Part shown: piece by piece, positions 1 to 9,944 of the stretch | Layout: every line of letters begins with the position of its first letter | Numbering within the stretch: the stretch's first letter is position 1 | Assembly: GCA_963674595.2 (NCBI GenBank) | Contig: CAXXFV010000011.1 | Span: 1-48,484, forward strand | Reading direction: 5' to 3' | DNA: 48,484 bases | Source of the DNA: a bacterium | GTDB taxonomy: Bacteria > Zhuqueibacterota > Zhuqueibacteria > Residuimicrobiales > Krinioviventaceae | Notes under the pieces: generated by a model | Database searches by the model: none | What the model saw: only the letters and a program-made list of their open reading frames with translations | What the model was told of the DNA's origin: nothing | Made by a program: the position numbers and the translations under genes

Positions 1-2
1 TC

Positions 3-632
3 GATGTTATCAATTGGTTTACCGGCCAGCATCCCACAAAGGCAGTCGGTTTTGGCGCACGTCAGCGACGTGTTACCGGTGATCAGTATGATATGTTTAG
101 TGTCGATTTTGAATACGAAAACGGTATGCATGTTCATAGTATGTGCCGCCAAATTAATGGTTGTAAAAACAACGTTTCTGAATTTGTAATGGGAACAAAA
201 GGTTCCTCTAACTGTAAAAATGAAATTAAAAAACATGACGGCAGTGTGTTGTGGCAATATGAATATCCGGTTAATGAAGAGGGCGAACAGACAAAGAGTG
301 TCAAGATTTCACCCTATGTTCAGGAACATATTGATATGGTCACAGCCATTCGCACCAATAAACCCGTCGTTGAAGCTGAAAATACAGCAATTTCCACGCT
401 GGCTGCCATTATGGGCCGGATTTCCGCCTATACCGGCAAAGAAGTCACCTGGGATGAAATGATGCAGTCTGATTTTAAACTTGGCCCGGCAGAATATAAA
501 ATGGGCCCGGTTGATATAAAAGCCGTTATTCCTGTCCCCGCAGTGATAATAAATAATTATAAGGGCTCTTTAAGGGCCCTTTTTTTATTTCTAAAACAAC
601 CAGAGATTCCCGCCTTTACTAATAATTTTTAA
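3..632 (+). CDS. Gfo/Idh/MocA family oxidoreductase, C-terminal part (5'-truncated by the window edge; true stop probably TAA 554-556)
   Basis: The frame is open from position 3 (DVINWFTGQHPTKAVGFGARQRRVTGDQYDMFSVDFEY...CRQINGC...PYVQEHIDM...AIMGRISAYTGKEVTWDE), a typical C-terminus for this family. The ORF as given runs through a terminator; one extra G at about 540 would give ...IPVPGSDNK*. Confidence 0.8.
   Translation, partial: DVINWFTGQHPTKAVGFGARQRRVTGDQYDMFSVDFEYENGMHVHSMCRQINGCKNNVSEFVMGTKGSSNCKNEIKKHDGSVLWQYEYPVNEEGEQTKSVKISPYVQEHIDMVTAIRTNKPVVEAENTAISTLAAIMGRISAYTGKEVTWDEMMQSDFKLGPAEYKMGPVDIKAVIPVPAVIINNYKGSLRALFLFLKQPEIPAFTNNF
561..586 (+). terminator. Intrinsic terminator
   Basis: aagggctc-ttta-agggccctt stem followed by a T run. 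Confidence 0.7.
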
Positions 633-742
633 AATATAATGTTACTTGTTACAAATTTATGAGTATAATAGTATTGAAAATATATCAGCATTTGTAAATT
701 TTTATGCTATATAATAATATACTTTCTAAACAAGAGCGCCGC

Positions 743-1432
743 ATGATTGATATACAAAATTTATCAAAATACTATGTTAAAGGGCAGTACAAAATAACCG
801 CCTTAAACAACCTTTCCCTGAATATTAAAAAAGGCGAGTTTATTTCCATTGTCGGGCGGTCAGGTTCCGGCAAGTCAACGCTGCTGAACCTGTTGGGAGG
901 ACTGGATACGGCTGATACCGGTTCCATCTATTTTAACAGCAAAAATCTGTTAAATATGTCCCGGACTGAATTGTCATTACATCGTAAAAAATCAGTGGGA
1001 ATGATCTTTCAATCATTTAATCTGATCTCTTCCAAAACAGCTATGGATAATGTCATTCTCGCGCTTATTTTCGGAGGGGTGGCACGAAATAAAAGGACTG
1101 AAAAAGCAAAGAGTATTTTAAAAATTGTCGGTTTGCAAGACCGGATAGACCATAAACCAGCCGAACTGTCCGGCGGTGAAGCCCAGCGTGTGGCTATTGC
1201 GCGGGCATTGGCAAACCAGCCCGATATGTTATTGGCCGACGAACCAACCGGAAACCTTGATTCTCAAACCGCCCAGACCATCTTGTCGCTATTGTTGAAA
1301 TTAAACAAAGAGCGCCACGTAACAGTCCTCATGGTAACCCATGATCAGGAAATGGCTAATAAAGTTTCCGACAGGGTATTCGTGTTGTCTGATGGACAAG
1401 TTGTAAATTGTTATGAGAGGGGGAACCAATGA
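743..1432 (+). CDS. ABC transporter ATP-binding protein (LolD/MacB family)
   Basis: Walker A GRSGSGKS, signature LSGGEAQRVAIARAL, LLADEPTGNLD, VTHD. The ATG at 743 gives a typical MIDIQNLSK N-terminus. Confidence 0.92.
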   Translation: MIDIQNLSKYYVKGQYKITALNNLSLNIKKGEFISIVGRSGSGKSTLLNLLGGLDTADTGSIYFNSKNLLNMSRTELSLHRKKSVGMIFQSFNLISSKTAMDNVILALIFGGVARNKRTEKAKSILKIVGLQDRIDHKPAELSGGEAQRVAIARALANQPDMLLADEPTGNLDSQTAQTILSLLLKLNKERHVTVLMVTHDQEMANKVSDRVFVLSDGQVVNCYERGNQ

Positions 1433-2834
1433 ATTTTTTGGATATGCTTGCTCTTGGTTTTGAGAATTTATGGAAATCAAAACTTCGTACCTTTTTAACA
1501 ACCCTCGGCGTGGTGATCGGTATCGGGGCTTTAACTTCCATGGTCTCTTTTGGGACCGGTATGCAGAAAAACGTAACAGAATCTTTTAAAGAAAACGACC
1601 TGTTTACAACAATTATGGTCACACCACCCAACATTGATTTACAAACGTTATCCGGTGGGTCTGTTGATATTGAAAAATTAACCCAAAAATCAGACATTAC
1701 CTTAAATGATTCCATTCTGGCTAAAATCAAAGAAATTGATAATGTAGAATGTGCTTATCCGGAAATTAATTTTCCTGTTAAAGTGCGGTTATTGAACAAA
1801 GAATATAAAACCTCTTTACGGGCTTTACCGGCAGAAATGGGAAATTTAAGGCCCTTTAATAAACTTGAATACGGTGCTTTTTTCGACACTGATTCGGCAG
1901 AACAGTGTGTAATTACCTGGCATCTTTTGGAAAAAATGGAGTTTACAGTCCTTCAAGATGCTAAAAAATCTGAAAAACCGGATTCCGTAAGTGAGGCGAA
2001 TATCATTTATGCCGATTCGTTGATTGGCAAAGATATTACAGTTCTTGGTACAACAGTTGACTATTCCAATCTGTTTCAGCTATTCCCGTTTGTTCATGCT
2101 CAATCCGGTAATATACCTGTAAAAACAGTAGAGAAAACACTAAAAATTACAGGTATTGTAAAAAACAAAAACTCTTTTTCAAATTTTCGCTTTGGACGAG
2201 GTATTCTTGTTCCATTAAAAACAGGACAAAAAATTCCGCATCTCGGCCTGACCTCTTTAACGGATGTAATGAATACAAATCAGTCCTATACGTCTGTTTG
2301 GGTGCGTGTCAGAGATATGAAAAAAATTGATGAGGTGAATGATAAAATTAAAAATATGGGATTAAATACCTTTGCAATCTCTGATCAACTCGATGAAATT
2401 AAAAAAAGTTTTATGATTATGGATGGTCTGCTGGGCGCTGTGGGAACAATTGCCCTGTTAATATCTGCTTTGGGAATTATCAATACAATGGTCATGTCTA
2501 TTATGGAACGCACCAGAGAAATAGGCATTATGAAAGCAATAGGGGGGAGCGACAAAGAAATAAAGCTGTTGTTTTTTTAGAGGCAGGAGCCATCGGTACA
2601 ATAGGCGCTATTTTCGGTCTTCTTTTGGGGTGGATTTTTACCAGAATTGCCAACCTGGTCCTTAACAGTTATTTTATTCCCAAAGAAGTTGAGCATGTGG
2701 AACTTTTTTATTTTCCATTGTGGCTTGTTTTAGGGGCCGTTTGTTTTTCAATTATTATCAGTTTGCTGGCAGGAATGTATCCGGCAATGAGGGCCGCCAA
2801 AGTAGACCCCGTTGTCGCACTCCGTCATGATTAG
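1429..2834 (+). CDS. ABC transporter permease (MacB_PCD + FtsX domains); frameshift at the poly-T near 2572-2578 splits it into ORFs 1429-2580 and 2625-2834
   Basis: KLRTFLTTLGVVIGI, GIINTMVMSIMERTREIGIMKAIG and C-terminal GMYPAMRAAKVDPVVALRHD; ATGA overlap with the ATPase gene. Confidence 0.88.
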
Positions 2835-2957
2835 TCTGTCATAATTAATGATTTTTTATAAATACTCTGTCATTATGTCTGTTGTCTGCCAATTTATTAT
2901 ATTGGAGTGAAATGTGCAAGTTGTTAAAAATCATATAATTAATTTGTTTTATGCTTT

Positions 2958-2974
2958 TTGGCACCAACTTTGTT
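2958..2974 (+). promoter_or_regulatory. sigma54-type -24/-12 promoter upstream of Hsp20
   Basis: TTGGCACCAACTTTGTT: TGGCAC, exact GG-N10 spacing, TTGT in place of TTGC. Confidence 0.6.
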
Positions 2975-3030
2975 ATAGGAATGCAAAAAGAAGCTTGTAA
3001 AAACAGACTAAATTATATATGGAGGATATT

Positions 3031-3420
3031 ATGTATCTCGTAAAATCTTGCAAACCATGTCATGAAACAATGCAGCACAATAATGATGATTCTGTTGTCT
3101 GGCAGCCTCATGTTGATGTTATAGACACTCAAGATGCGTTTGAAATGCTGGCCGACTTGCCCGGATTAAGCAAGGAAAATATTAAAATACATATTAAGGA
3201 CCAGGTCCTGATTATTGAAGGTGAGAAAAAAGATATATTGGGTGAGGATGAAAAATTAACAGGTATTCGTGAGAGACTTTTTGGCAAATTTAAACGTTCT
3301 TTTAAACTTTCCAATGGAATTGAAGCTGATAAAATAGATGCCTCTTATAACAACGGCGTTTTGCGTGTTAAACTGCCCAAAGCAGAACAGGTTAAACCAA
3401 GAGAAATTGAAATTCAATAA
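3031..3420 (+). CDS. Hsp20/alpha-crystallin small heat shock protein
   Basis: WQPHVDVID...ADLPGL...ERLFGKFKRSFKL...IDASYNNGVLRVKLPK...PREIEI; RBS GGAGG at 3021-3025. Confidence 0.93.
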   Translation: MYLVKSCKPCHETMQHNNDDSVVWQPHVDVIDTQDAFEMLADLPGLSKENIKIHIKDQVLIIEGEKKDILGEDEKLTGIRERLFGKFKRSFKLSNGIEADKIDASYNNGVLRVKLPKAEQVKPREIEIQ

Positions 3421-3452
3421 AAAAAAGCCCTCTAAAAAGAGGGCTTTTTTTT
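3421..3452. terminator. Bidirectional intrinsic terminator between Hsp20 and YceI
   Basis: aaaaaagccctct-aaaa-agagggctttttttt. Confidence 0.85.
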
Positions 3453-4026
3453 TACTTCTTTTTAATCCCTTCGAAAAACAACTCTATTTTAACATCATCA
3501 CTAACCACAAGCCCGCCGTTGTCCATCGTTTTGCTCCAGGCTACGCCAAAATCTTTTCGGTTGATTTTAAACTCGGCTTCAATGCCCACACGGTCATTTC
3601 CCCAGGATCTGTCAAAACGCCGGTTACATTAAAAGGTATTTCAACACTTTTGGTAACGTCCCGGATGGTCAGATCACCTGTCATAATATACTGATCATCT
3701 TTTTGAGTCACTTTAGTGCTGACAAATTTAATAACAGGATAGTTTTCAACATCAAAAAAATCAGCGTTTTTTAAATGATTGTCTCTTTGCTCATTGTCGG
3801 TGTTAATACTTGCAACCTGAACGGTTCCTTCAACCTTGGATTTTGAAACATCATTTTCATCAAAAAGAACGATACCGGAATATTCGTTAAAATCGCCCCT
3901 CACTGTAGAAATAACCATGTGTTTTACTGAAAAGCCGACCCTGCTATGAGATTTGTCAATATCATACTCGGCGGCTGTTAAAGTAAAAGCTGTAAAAAGA
4001 ATTGATAAAATAGTCAGATTTTTCAT
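3452..4026 (-). CDS. YceI family (polyisoprenoid-binding) periplasmic protein; frameshift near 3600
   Basis: Signal peptide, YDIDKSHSRVGFSVKHM, SINTDNEQRDNHLKNADFFD. The shifted frame continues DPWGNDRVGIEAEFKINRKDFGVAWSKTMDNGGLVVSDDVKIEL...* ending at 3452. Confidence 0.88.
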
Positions 4027-4123
4027 AATTTCTCCATGTTTTTTTATATTTTTTACTCTTATAAAACATGAAGAATTAAAATATTATTCCTGTGTTGGAA
4101 TTTAAAGAATATAGGTGAAATTT

Positions 4124-5437
4124 TTATTCTTGTTCATCCAGTGCGGATAACATATAATTTGCAATTTCTAACAATGTTTCGTCGCCCAAATGTTTAAAAG
4201 GCGGCATAACCGGTCCGCCGCGCTTAACTTCCGGCGCTTTACTCCATTCTACAATGCCTTCAGGGTAATCCTGGTAAATTTCATTTATTTCTACGAGCGA
4301 AGGCCCTACCAGCACGCTCTCTTTTGCATGGCAAACGCTGCAATTGGTTTCAAATGCCGCTTCTCCCGGAGATTTTTTCGGGGCCGTGGAAATTCCAAGA
4401 CGTTCCCGGGTTTGTGCCGCCTCAGCCTGCCAGTAAAAATTTTGTGTTTTTTGTTCAACAAGCATCCTGTGTGGAGTTACCGCTCTTTCGCGATATTCAT
4501 GCCGTCCAAATCCCATACATATTACGGTTACCGTCAAAAGTATAATGATTCCCCAGAAATGTTTACCTAATAATGCTTTTTCTGATCTCAATTCCCGCCA
4601 GACCAAAATCATAAATAAAATTGCAAATAACAAACCAAATATAAAGAACAGATAAACGTTTAAAGAAATACCGTGCACCGGTAATGTTAAAAGTGTCAAC
4701 GGACCAATAAAGAATTGAAAGCATGTTGTTATGAATGCAATTGAATAAAACAGTTTTTTTATTTCAGCTTTTGTAAAACCGGCAAGGTTCTCTTTTAAAT
4801 TATATTTTTTTCTGCCAAACCAGCCGACTGCAAATAAAGAGGTAACTGCCATTGTTGCCGTCATAAAATGAAAATAACGCGGAATAACATTGGGAATTAA
4901 CAGCGATGATAAAAATCCGCTAACCTTTGGCCATTGTGACGGAAACAACATGAGGTTGACATTTGCTAAAAAGATAAAGGGGATGAGCCAGAAAAGAACC
5001 GTAGACGTGAAACCTATTGCTATGCTAAACAATTTATGATTTTCCAGTTTTTCCCAGGTATATTTGTGGAGATAGGTTAATAAAAAAGCCAGCGTTACTA
5101 ACGGAATGACCATTAGCCAGGCAATTCCGGTAAGCGCCGTTGAAGAATAAAAATACAGTGTATAACCCAGGTTTATAGCCAGTAACGGACCTACTCCGAG
5201 AACAATGGCTAAACTTTTGTTAACTGTTACGGTAGATGATATTTCATAGGCCAGCTTGTCATATTTTTTTTTGAATAAACCAATGACCTGAAAGATAAAT
5301 GCAAAAGTGGTTCCCGCAACCATAAAGTTAACAAATAATATATGTAACAGAAATACAAATACGAGGACGATATGTAAAAAAGTAACGTTTATTGGTAACT
5401 GTAAGCCAATATCATGTGGTATAGGAGTCTGATTCAT
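4124..5437 (-). CDS. Multi-TM CydA-like (cytochrome bd superfamily) subunit fused to a C-terminal class I cytochrome c
   Basis: About 8 TM helices with LHILFVN, LGVGPLL and RYFHF motifs; heme c motif CSVCH, then VGPSL and a distal MPPF. Confidence 0.72.
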   Translation of the reverse strand: MNQTPIPHDIGLQLPINVTFLHIVLVFVFLLHILFVNFMVAGTTFAFIFQVIGLFKKKYDKLAYEISSTVTVNKSLAIVLGVGPLLAINLGYTLYFYSSTALTGIAWLMVIPLVTLAFLLTYLHKYTWEKLENHKLFSIAIGFTSTVLFWLIPFIFLANVNLMLFPSQWPKVSGFLSSLLIPNVIPRYFHFMTATMAVTSLFAVGWFGRKKYNLKENLAGFTKAEIKKLFYSIAFITTCFQFFIGPLTLLTLPVHGISLNVYLFFIFGLLFAILFMILVWRELRSEKALLGKHFWGIIILLTVTVICMGFGRHEYRERAVTPHRMLVEQKTQNFYWQAEAAQTRERLGISTAPKKSPGEAAFETNCSVCHAKESVLVGPSLVEINEIYQDYPEGIVEWSKAPEVKRGGPVMPPFKHLGDETLLEIANYMLSALDEQE

Positions 5438-5474
5438 TTTTTTCCTCAGAGGTTAGATTATAATAAATAGTATC

Positions 5475-6882
5475 CTATTGTGTTTTACCAAAATTTAATC
5501 CTGCTGATTGCGCTCCTTCAAATCGGTGTTGTGTATTTTGATAATGACAGATAAAAAAGGCCAGAGCATCCAGCTCTTCTTTATTGCCTGGAAATGGCGG
5601 CATAAAGGTACGAATGTTATGCATGCCGGCAATAAAATTTGATATTTGATCAATCTGCCATTGCCCATTCGGAAAGAGTTTTTGAAATTTTTTATTTACT
5701 CCGTTTATTCCATTCATGGTGTGGCACCGGCTGCACGTGAGTATAAATAACTCGCTTCCAGCATCGAGCTTGTTTTCGGGGGTTATGGTTTTATATTTGG
5801 CATAGGTTGCATGTGCGAGAATACCGCTTTCTTTATAAAGCGGATAGTTTTGCACAAGCAGACCGTTTGCATACATATAATCGCTTATTACATAGGGTTT
5901 TCTTACAAATTCTCGGATACGTTCAAAATAACCCAACAGCATAATCCCGACAATGAACGGTACCAGTAATAATAATCTTGGTAAAATTTTTGGTTTTATT
6001 ATTCCCAGCAGCGCTGTTAGAATTGTTATAATTAACAAAATGACTAAAAGCAGTAAAATGGTTTGATACCATGAGGTATAATTTTGCGTTGTTATGGCAA
6101 TGGGTGCATTGTCCTGCATAAACTGGGGTACACGTTTCCAGTACCAATAACCGGCAATGATGGTAAAGGGGAGAAAAAACAGCGACCAAATAGAGATTGT
6201 CCGCACGATGGATTGATAGGTTTTATTCTTTTCTTTTGTGAAAAAATGAACCAGGAACAGAAAGAATAGACCGGCTGTCATTAATGCAAAGGGTGTTCGG
6301 AATGCCAGTTGGGGGATGTATAAAGGATTGAAAAAGGCCGTCCACATACCGGAATTTTCAGTCCATTCACGGATATAGGGCACCCATTTCCCGGAATTCA
6401 TCATAAAAGCAAGAATACCGGTGATAATTGCCATGGTTATCCAGGAAAAAATACTGAGAAAAATACCGATTTTTATGTGTTTTGATTTTGCTTTGCCCTG
6501 CATTTTTTTTCCAGCTCAGGAAATAAAACATAATCAAACACACTTCGATAACAAAAACAATCCATTCGGAAAACCAGCCCCAGAAAAAGATATGTATTAA
6601 ACTGCCGATGGCGTCCGGATTTACCAGGGATGTTGTAAACCAAATTCCCACACCTGTTAATGCACCCAGCGAAGTTGTAATAATAAAGAAAACAAAGGTA
6701 AAGTTGTAGGCAAACTTGTCCAGTTCAGGATTTTTTCTTTTGTGGCCAAGCCATTCGACAAATGTCGCCAGGGGGATAGCGCCCACAGCCATCGGGTGGT
6801 TTACAATAACGTGTACAATAGCAGTAATAGCTATCAACATTCTGTTGCCGATAAAATCAAGATGAAAAACAGGAAAATCCAT
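5475..6882 (-). CDS. Cytochrome bd subunit I (CydA)-like membrane protein fused to cytochrome c; frameshift at the homopolymer near 6503-6510 (ORFs 6367-6882 and 5475-6503)
   Basis: HVIVNH in TM1, GALTGVGIWF, WFSEWIVFVIE, REFVRKPYVI (equivalent to CydA EVGRQPW), C-terminal CSRCH...MPPFPG. Confidence 0.75.
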
Positions 6883-6926
6883 TCAGAAGCTCCTTATGTA
6901 CTGTTAATGTATCAGTTTTCCTCTTA

Positions 6927-6955
6927 AAGATAATATATAATTCATCTTTATGCAA
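6927..6955 (-). promoter_or_regulatory. sigma70-type promoter for the bd-like operon
   Basis: TTGCAT-N17-TATCTT on the minus strand. Confidence 0.45.
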
Positions 6956-7146
6956 TGTTATTGCTTGAATTTTTCAAGTAATGAACAGAAACAATACAAT
7001 AGCTGCCAAAAGAATATTGTATTGCTCCTGCTCTGATATAATGTATAAAGATAATTTCTCAAGAGTGTTATTAGGAGATGAGGCTCTTTAATCGATGACT
7101 GTATTTAATCCCGTTTTCAAATATTATGAGAAAAGATAACAGCCGT

Positions 7147-8934
7147 TTATTCCAAATATTTTTGATCTATCGGTTTAATAACCCGAAGCACGGGATATTG
7201 GTCCTGTTGTTTGTCCCAGTAGGGCGAACGTTCATAAAAGAAATTCAATCGGGCTTTGGGATTTGCCGCAAATTCAGGATCGTTTTTCAATCGTTCTTCA
7301 AATTCCTTTTTTAAACTTTCGTCTTCGTTTAACATTTTTTGGGCCAATGGTTCCATGGCATATTTTTCATAATATTCTTTTTGTTCAAATATCGTGTTTA
7401 CAAACCCCCATTTTACAATACTATCTTCAGCTAATGGTTCAAGGAGTTGTAGTACAAGCCTGGACTCTTCTGATGAAACCGGTACATATACGTCACCCGG
7501 TCTGATCGTTTTTTTAACTGAAATTTTGTCGGCATTATAATAGGGAATTTGCACGCCTTCATAAGGGACAGGTCGAAAAGAGACATCCTTAAACATATAT
7601 GTCTCAAAAACATCGGTTACATCATGTTTGATTTTTTTATAATGAATTCCATGAGTATCCAATATTTCTATTATTTTATACCATCCTGAGGGAATGATGT
7701 AAGCAACAGGGGGGCTTGTGGTTTCTACAGATTCCACCCGGTTGTATAATATGGTTGAATATGTCTTTTTTTTATCTGTGTATTTTAAATATTCTGAACC
7801 AGAAATTTTACTTTTTAATGTTTTTATTTCAAAAGCATCATACAACATGCTGTCTCCAACATCTTTTCTGGTTTTATATTTAATTGTAAAAGTGTTGTTT
7901 GGATCATATTCTTTGCCTATTTCAAGCGCACTTTTCTTTTGGGACTCTATTGCCTGGAACAGGTCGTTCGAATGGGTGCTGATATAGCCGAGCCCTGAAC
8001 GTAAAAAATGATATGTTCCATCTGTGCGTTGTGCATAAGTTTTCAGGCTGTGTGTTTCGATCAAAATGCTTAAACAGTTTCGCAGCATTAGATAAGCATT
8101 GGAAAGTTTTGGTGGCCAGATTCCACCGGAAACACCCAGTTCCGGATTTTTATTGTCAAGCAGGCCATAAAAAAGCCCGCATTTTACACCCTTTGCCAGG
8201 CAATCTTTTAACACATAGGGCATAAACTGATTGGTGGCAAAGTTTGCAATTTCTCCGCTGTTTTCAACATGGTCATTTACCTTATAGGTGATGGCGTATT
8301 GGTGGTCTCTTCCATCTGTTGTGTGACAATCATAAATAACATGGGGTTTCCATTGATTGAACATCTTCATCCAGTGTTGCATTTCAGGAGTTTGCACCTT
8401 CATATAATCGCGATTCAAATTAAGCCGGTCCGCTGTTACCCGCCAGCCCATTTCTTTCGGCCCAACCTGATTGATTCGGTTATATGGGCTAAAGTGTTCA
8501 TGGCCGTCCACATTAAATATAGGAATGATGACCAGGATAACATTATCTAGAATTGATTGATATTTATTATAAACCAAAATGTCACGGGCCAGCATCATTG
8601 AAGCATCTTTACCGGAAGATTCTCCCGGATGTATGCAGTTTTGAATCAAAACAATCGGTTTGCCTGTTTTACGGGCCTGTTGCGCTGTTAATGCTTTATC
8701 GGATGATATTACAAAAATATTAATATCTCTGCCTTCAGGACTTTTACCAATAGAATACATATCTGCAAACGGGGAATAGGAGGCAAGTTTTTGAAAATAG
8801 TCCATAGTTTCATTATAACGCGGGGTTTCCAGTTTATTTGATTTTTCGTATAAAGTTACCCAGTCGGTTTGGGAAAAAGCGAATGAATAAATGGTGAGCC
8901 ATAAAAGAGGCACAAGTCTTTTGATAAAAAGCAT
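7147..8934 (-). CDS. M14 family zinc metallocarboxypeptidase (secreted)
   Basis: Signal peptide; IGKSPEGR, IHPGE (HxxE), NVDG, NLNRD, DCHTT. Confidence 0.88.
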   Translation of the reverse strand: MLFIKRLVPLLWLTIYSFAFSQTDWVTLYEKSNKLETPRYNETMDYFQKLASYSPFADMYSIGKSPEGRDINIFVISSDKALTAQQARKTGKPIVLIQNCIHPGESSGKDASMMLARDILVYNKYQSILDNVILVIIPIFNVDGHEHFSPYNRINQVGPKEMGWRVTADRLNLNRDYMKVQTPEMQHWMKMFNQWKPHVIYDCHTTDGRDHQYAITYKVNDHVENSGEIANFATNQFMPYVLKDCLAKGVKCGLFYGLLDNKNPELGVSGGIWPPKLSNAYLMLRNCLSILIETHSLKTYAQRTDGTYHFLRSGLGYISTHSNDLFQAIESQKKSALEIGKEYDPNNTFTIKYKTRKDVGDSMLYDAFEIKTLKSKISGSEYLKYTDKKKTYSTILYNRVESVETTSPPVAYIIPSGWYKIIEILDTHGIHYKKIKHDVTDVFETYMFKDVSFRPVPYEGVQIPYYNADKISVKKTIRPGDVYVPVSSEESRLVLQLLEPLAEDSIVKWGFVNTIFEQKEYYEKYAMEPLAQKMLNEDESLKKEFEERLKNDPEFAANPKARLNFFYERSPYWDKQQDQYPVLRVIKPIDQKYLE

Positions 8935-9045
8935 AAATTAACCTTTATTTTAAGTGAGTGAGGATGAACTTAATAAATATTTTTATAAAATCAAAATAAA
9001 TGAAAAATTTTCTGGTCAATATTAATTAATTTTTATATATTAAAA

Positions 9046-9057
9046 TTGTATATACGA
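9046..9057. promoter_or_regulatory. Possible GntR-family operator upstream of the phosphodiesterase/sugar operon
   Basis: TTGTATATACGA is a near-perfect palindrome with a GTATATAC core. Confidence 0.3.
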
Positions 9058-9105
9058 ATAGTCAATTAAAATTAATTTGCATCGCCCACATCCCGGAGGT
9101 TTATC

Positions 9106-9942
9106 GTGAAAGCGCTAAGGGCCATATTAATTGTTATATCAAGTGTAATTATTTCCTGCTCTCATTCTCATCACATTTTAATAAAAACCCAAACTGTCCG
9201 TCCTTTAAAAAATGCTCACTCTCACAACGATTATGACCGTAAAAACCCGTTAACAGATGCATTAAAATTTGGTTTTATGAGTATTGAAGCCGACATTCAT
9301 TTAAAAAATAATACCTTATGCGTATCACATGATAAAGAAGATGTTGATGTTAATAAAACGCTTGAAAGTATGTATTTAATTCCGTTATATAATATTTGGC
9401 GGGAAAATGGAAAAAAAATCTATACCAATGCAGAGGAACCGGTTTTTCTTTTTATTGATATAAAAACAGACAGTCTTGAAACGTATATTTTTCTGCACAA
9501 GGTACTTGAAAAATATAAAGACATGTTGACACAGTTTGAAAACGGAAAAATTAAAGAAAAAGCCATTACGGTTATCGTCTCCGGTAACAGACCGATTTTA
9601 TATATGAAAAATCAGCAAGTTCGACTTGCCGGGTGTGACGGACGTATTAGCGATTTAGGACATACGACACGTTATTATTACCCTGTTATAAGTGATAAAT
9701 GGGCAACATATTTTATATGGCAGGGGAATGGAAGGATGCCCGTTGTTGAGCAGCAAAAATTGAAAACATTCGTAGAACAAGCCCATTCTCATAACCAGGC
9801 AATACGCTTTTGGGCAACAGATACAGATACGCTCGAGTATAATCACAACATGTGGAATGAATTAATAAATGCCAACGTCGATTTGATTAACACGGATTAT
9901 TTAAGTGATTTGAGTAAATTTTTGGTCAAAGATGAGGATTAG
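9106..9942 (+). CDS. PLC-like/glycerophosphodiester phosphodiesterase (PI-PLC/GDPD TIM barrel, Aim6-like), probable lipoprotein
   Basis: NAHSHNDY, GFMSIEADI, VSHD, LFIDIK, IRFWA, VDLINTD; lipobox-like IISC. Confidence 0.8.
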   Translation: MKALRAILIVISSVIISCSHSHHILIKTQTVRPLKNAHSHNDYDRKNPLTDALKFGFMSIEADIHLKNNTLCVSHDKEDVDVNKTLESMYLIPLYNIWRENGKKIYTNAEEPVFLFIDIKTDSLETYIFLHKVLEKYKDMLTQFENGKIKEKAITVIVSGNRPILYMKNQQVRLAGCDGRISDLGHTTRYYYPVISDKWATYFIWQGNGRMPVVEQQKLKTFVEQAHSHNQAIRFWATDTDTLEYNHNMWNELINANVDLINTDYLSDLSKFLVKDED

Positions 9943-9944
9943 AC

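Noticed and set aside
2570-2580. Phase-variable homopolymer tract in the permease (also about 6505 and 27025)
   Set aside because: Same error pattern as elsewhere in the window; the tracts are short (7-8 nt).
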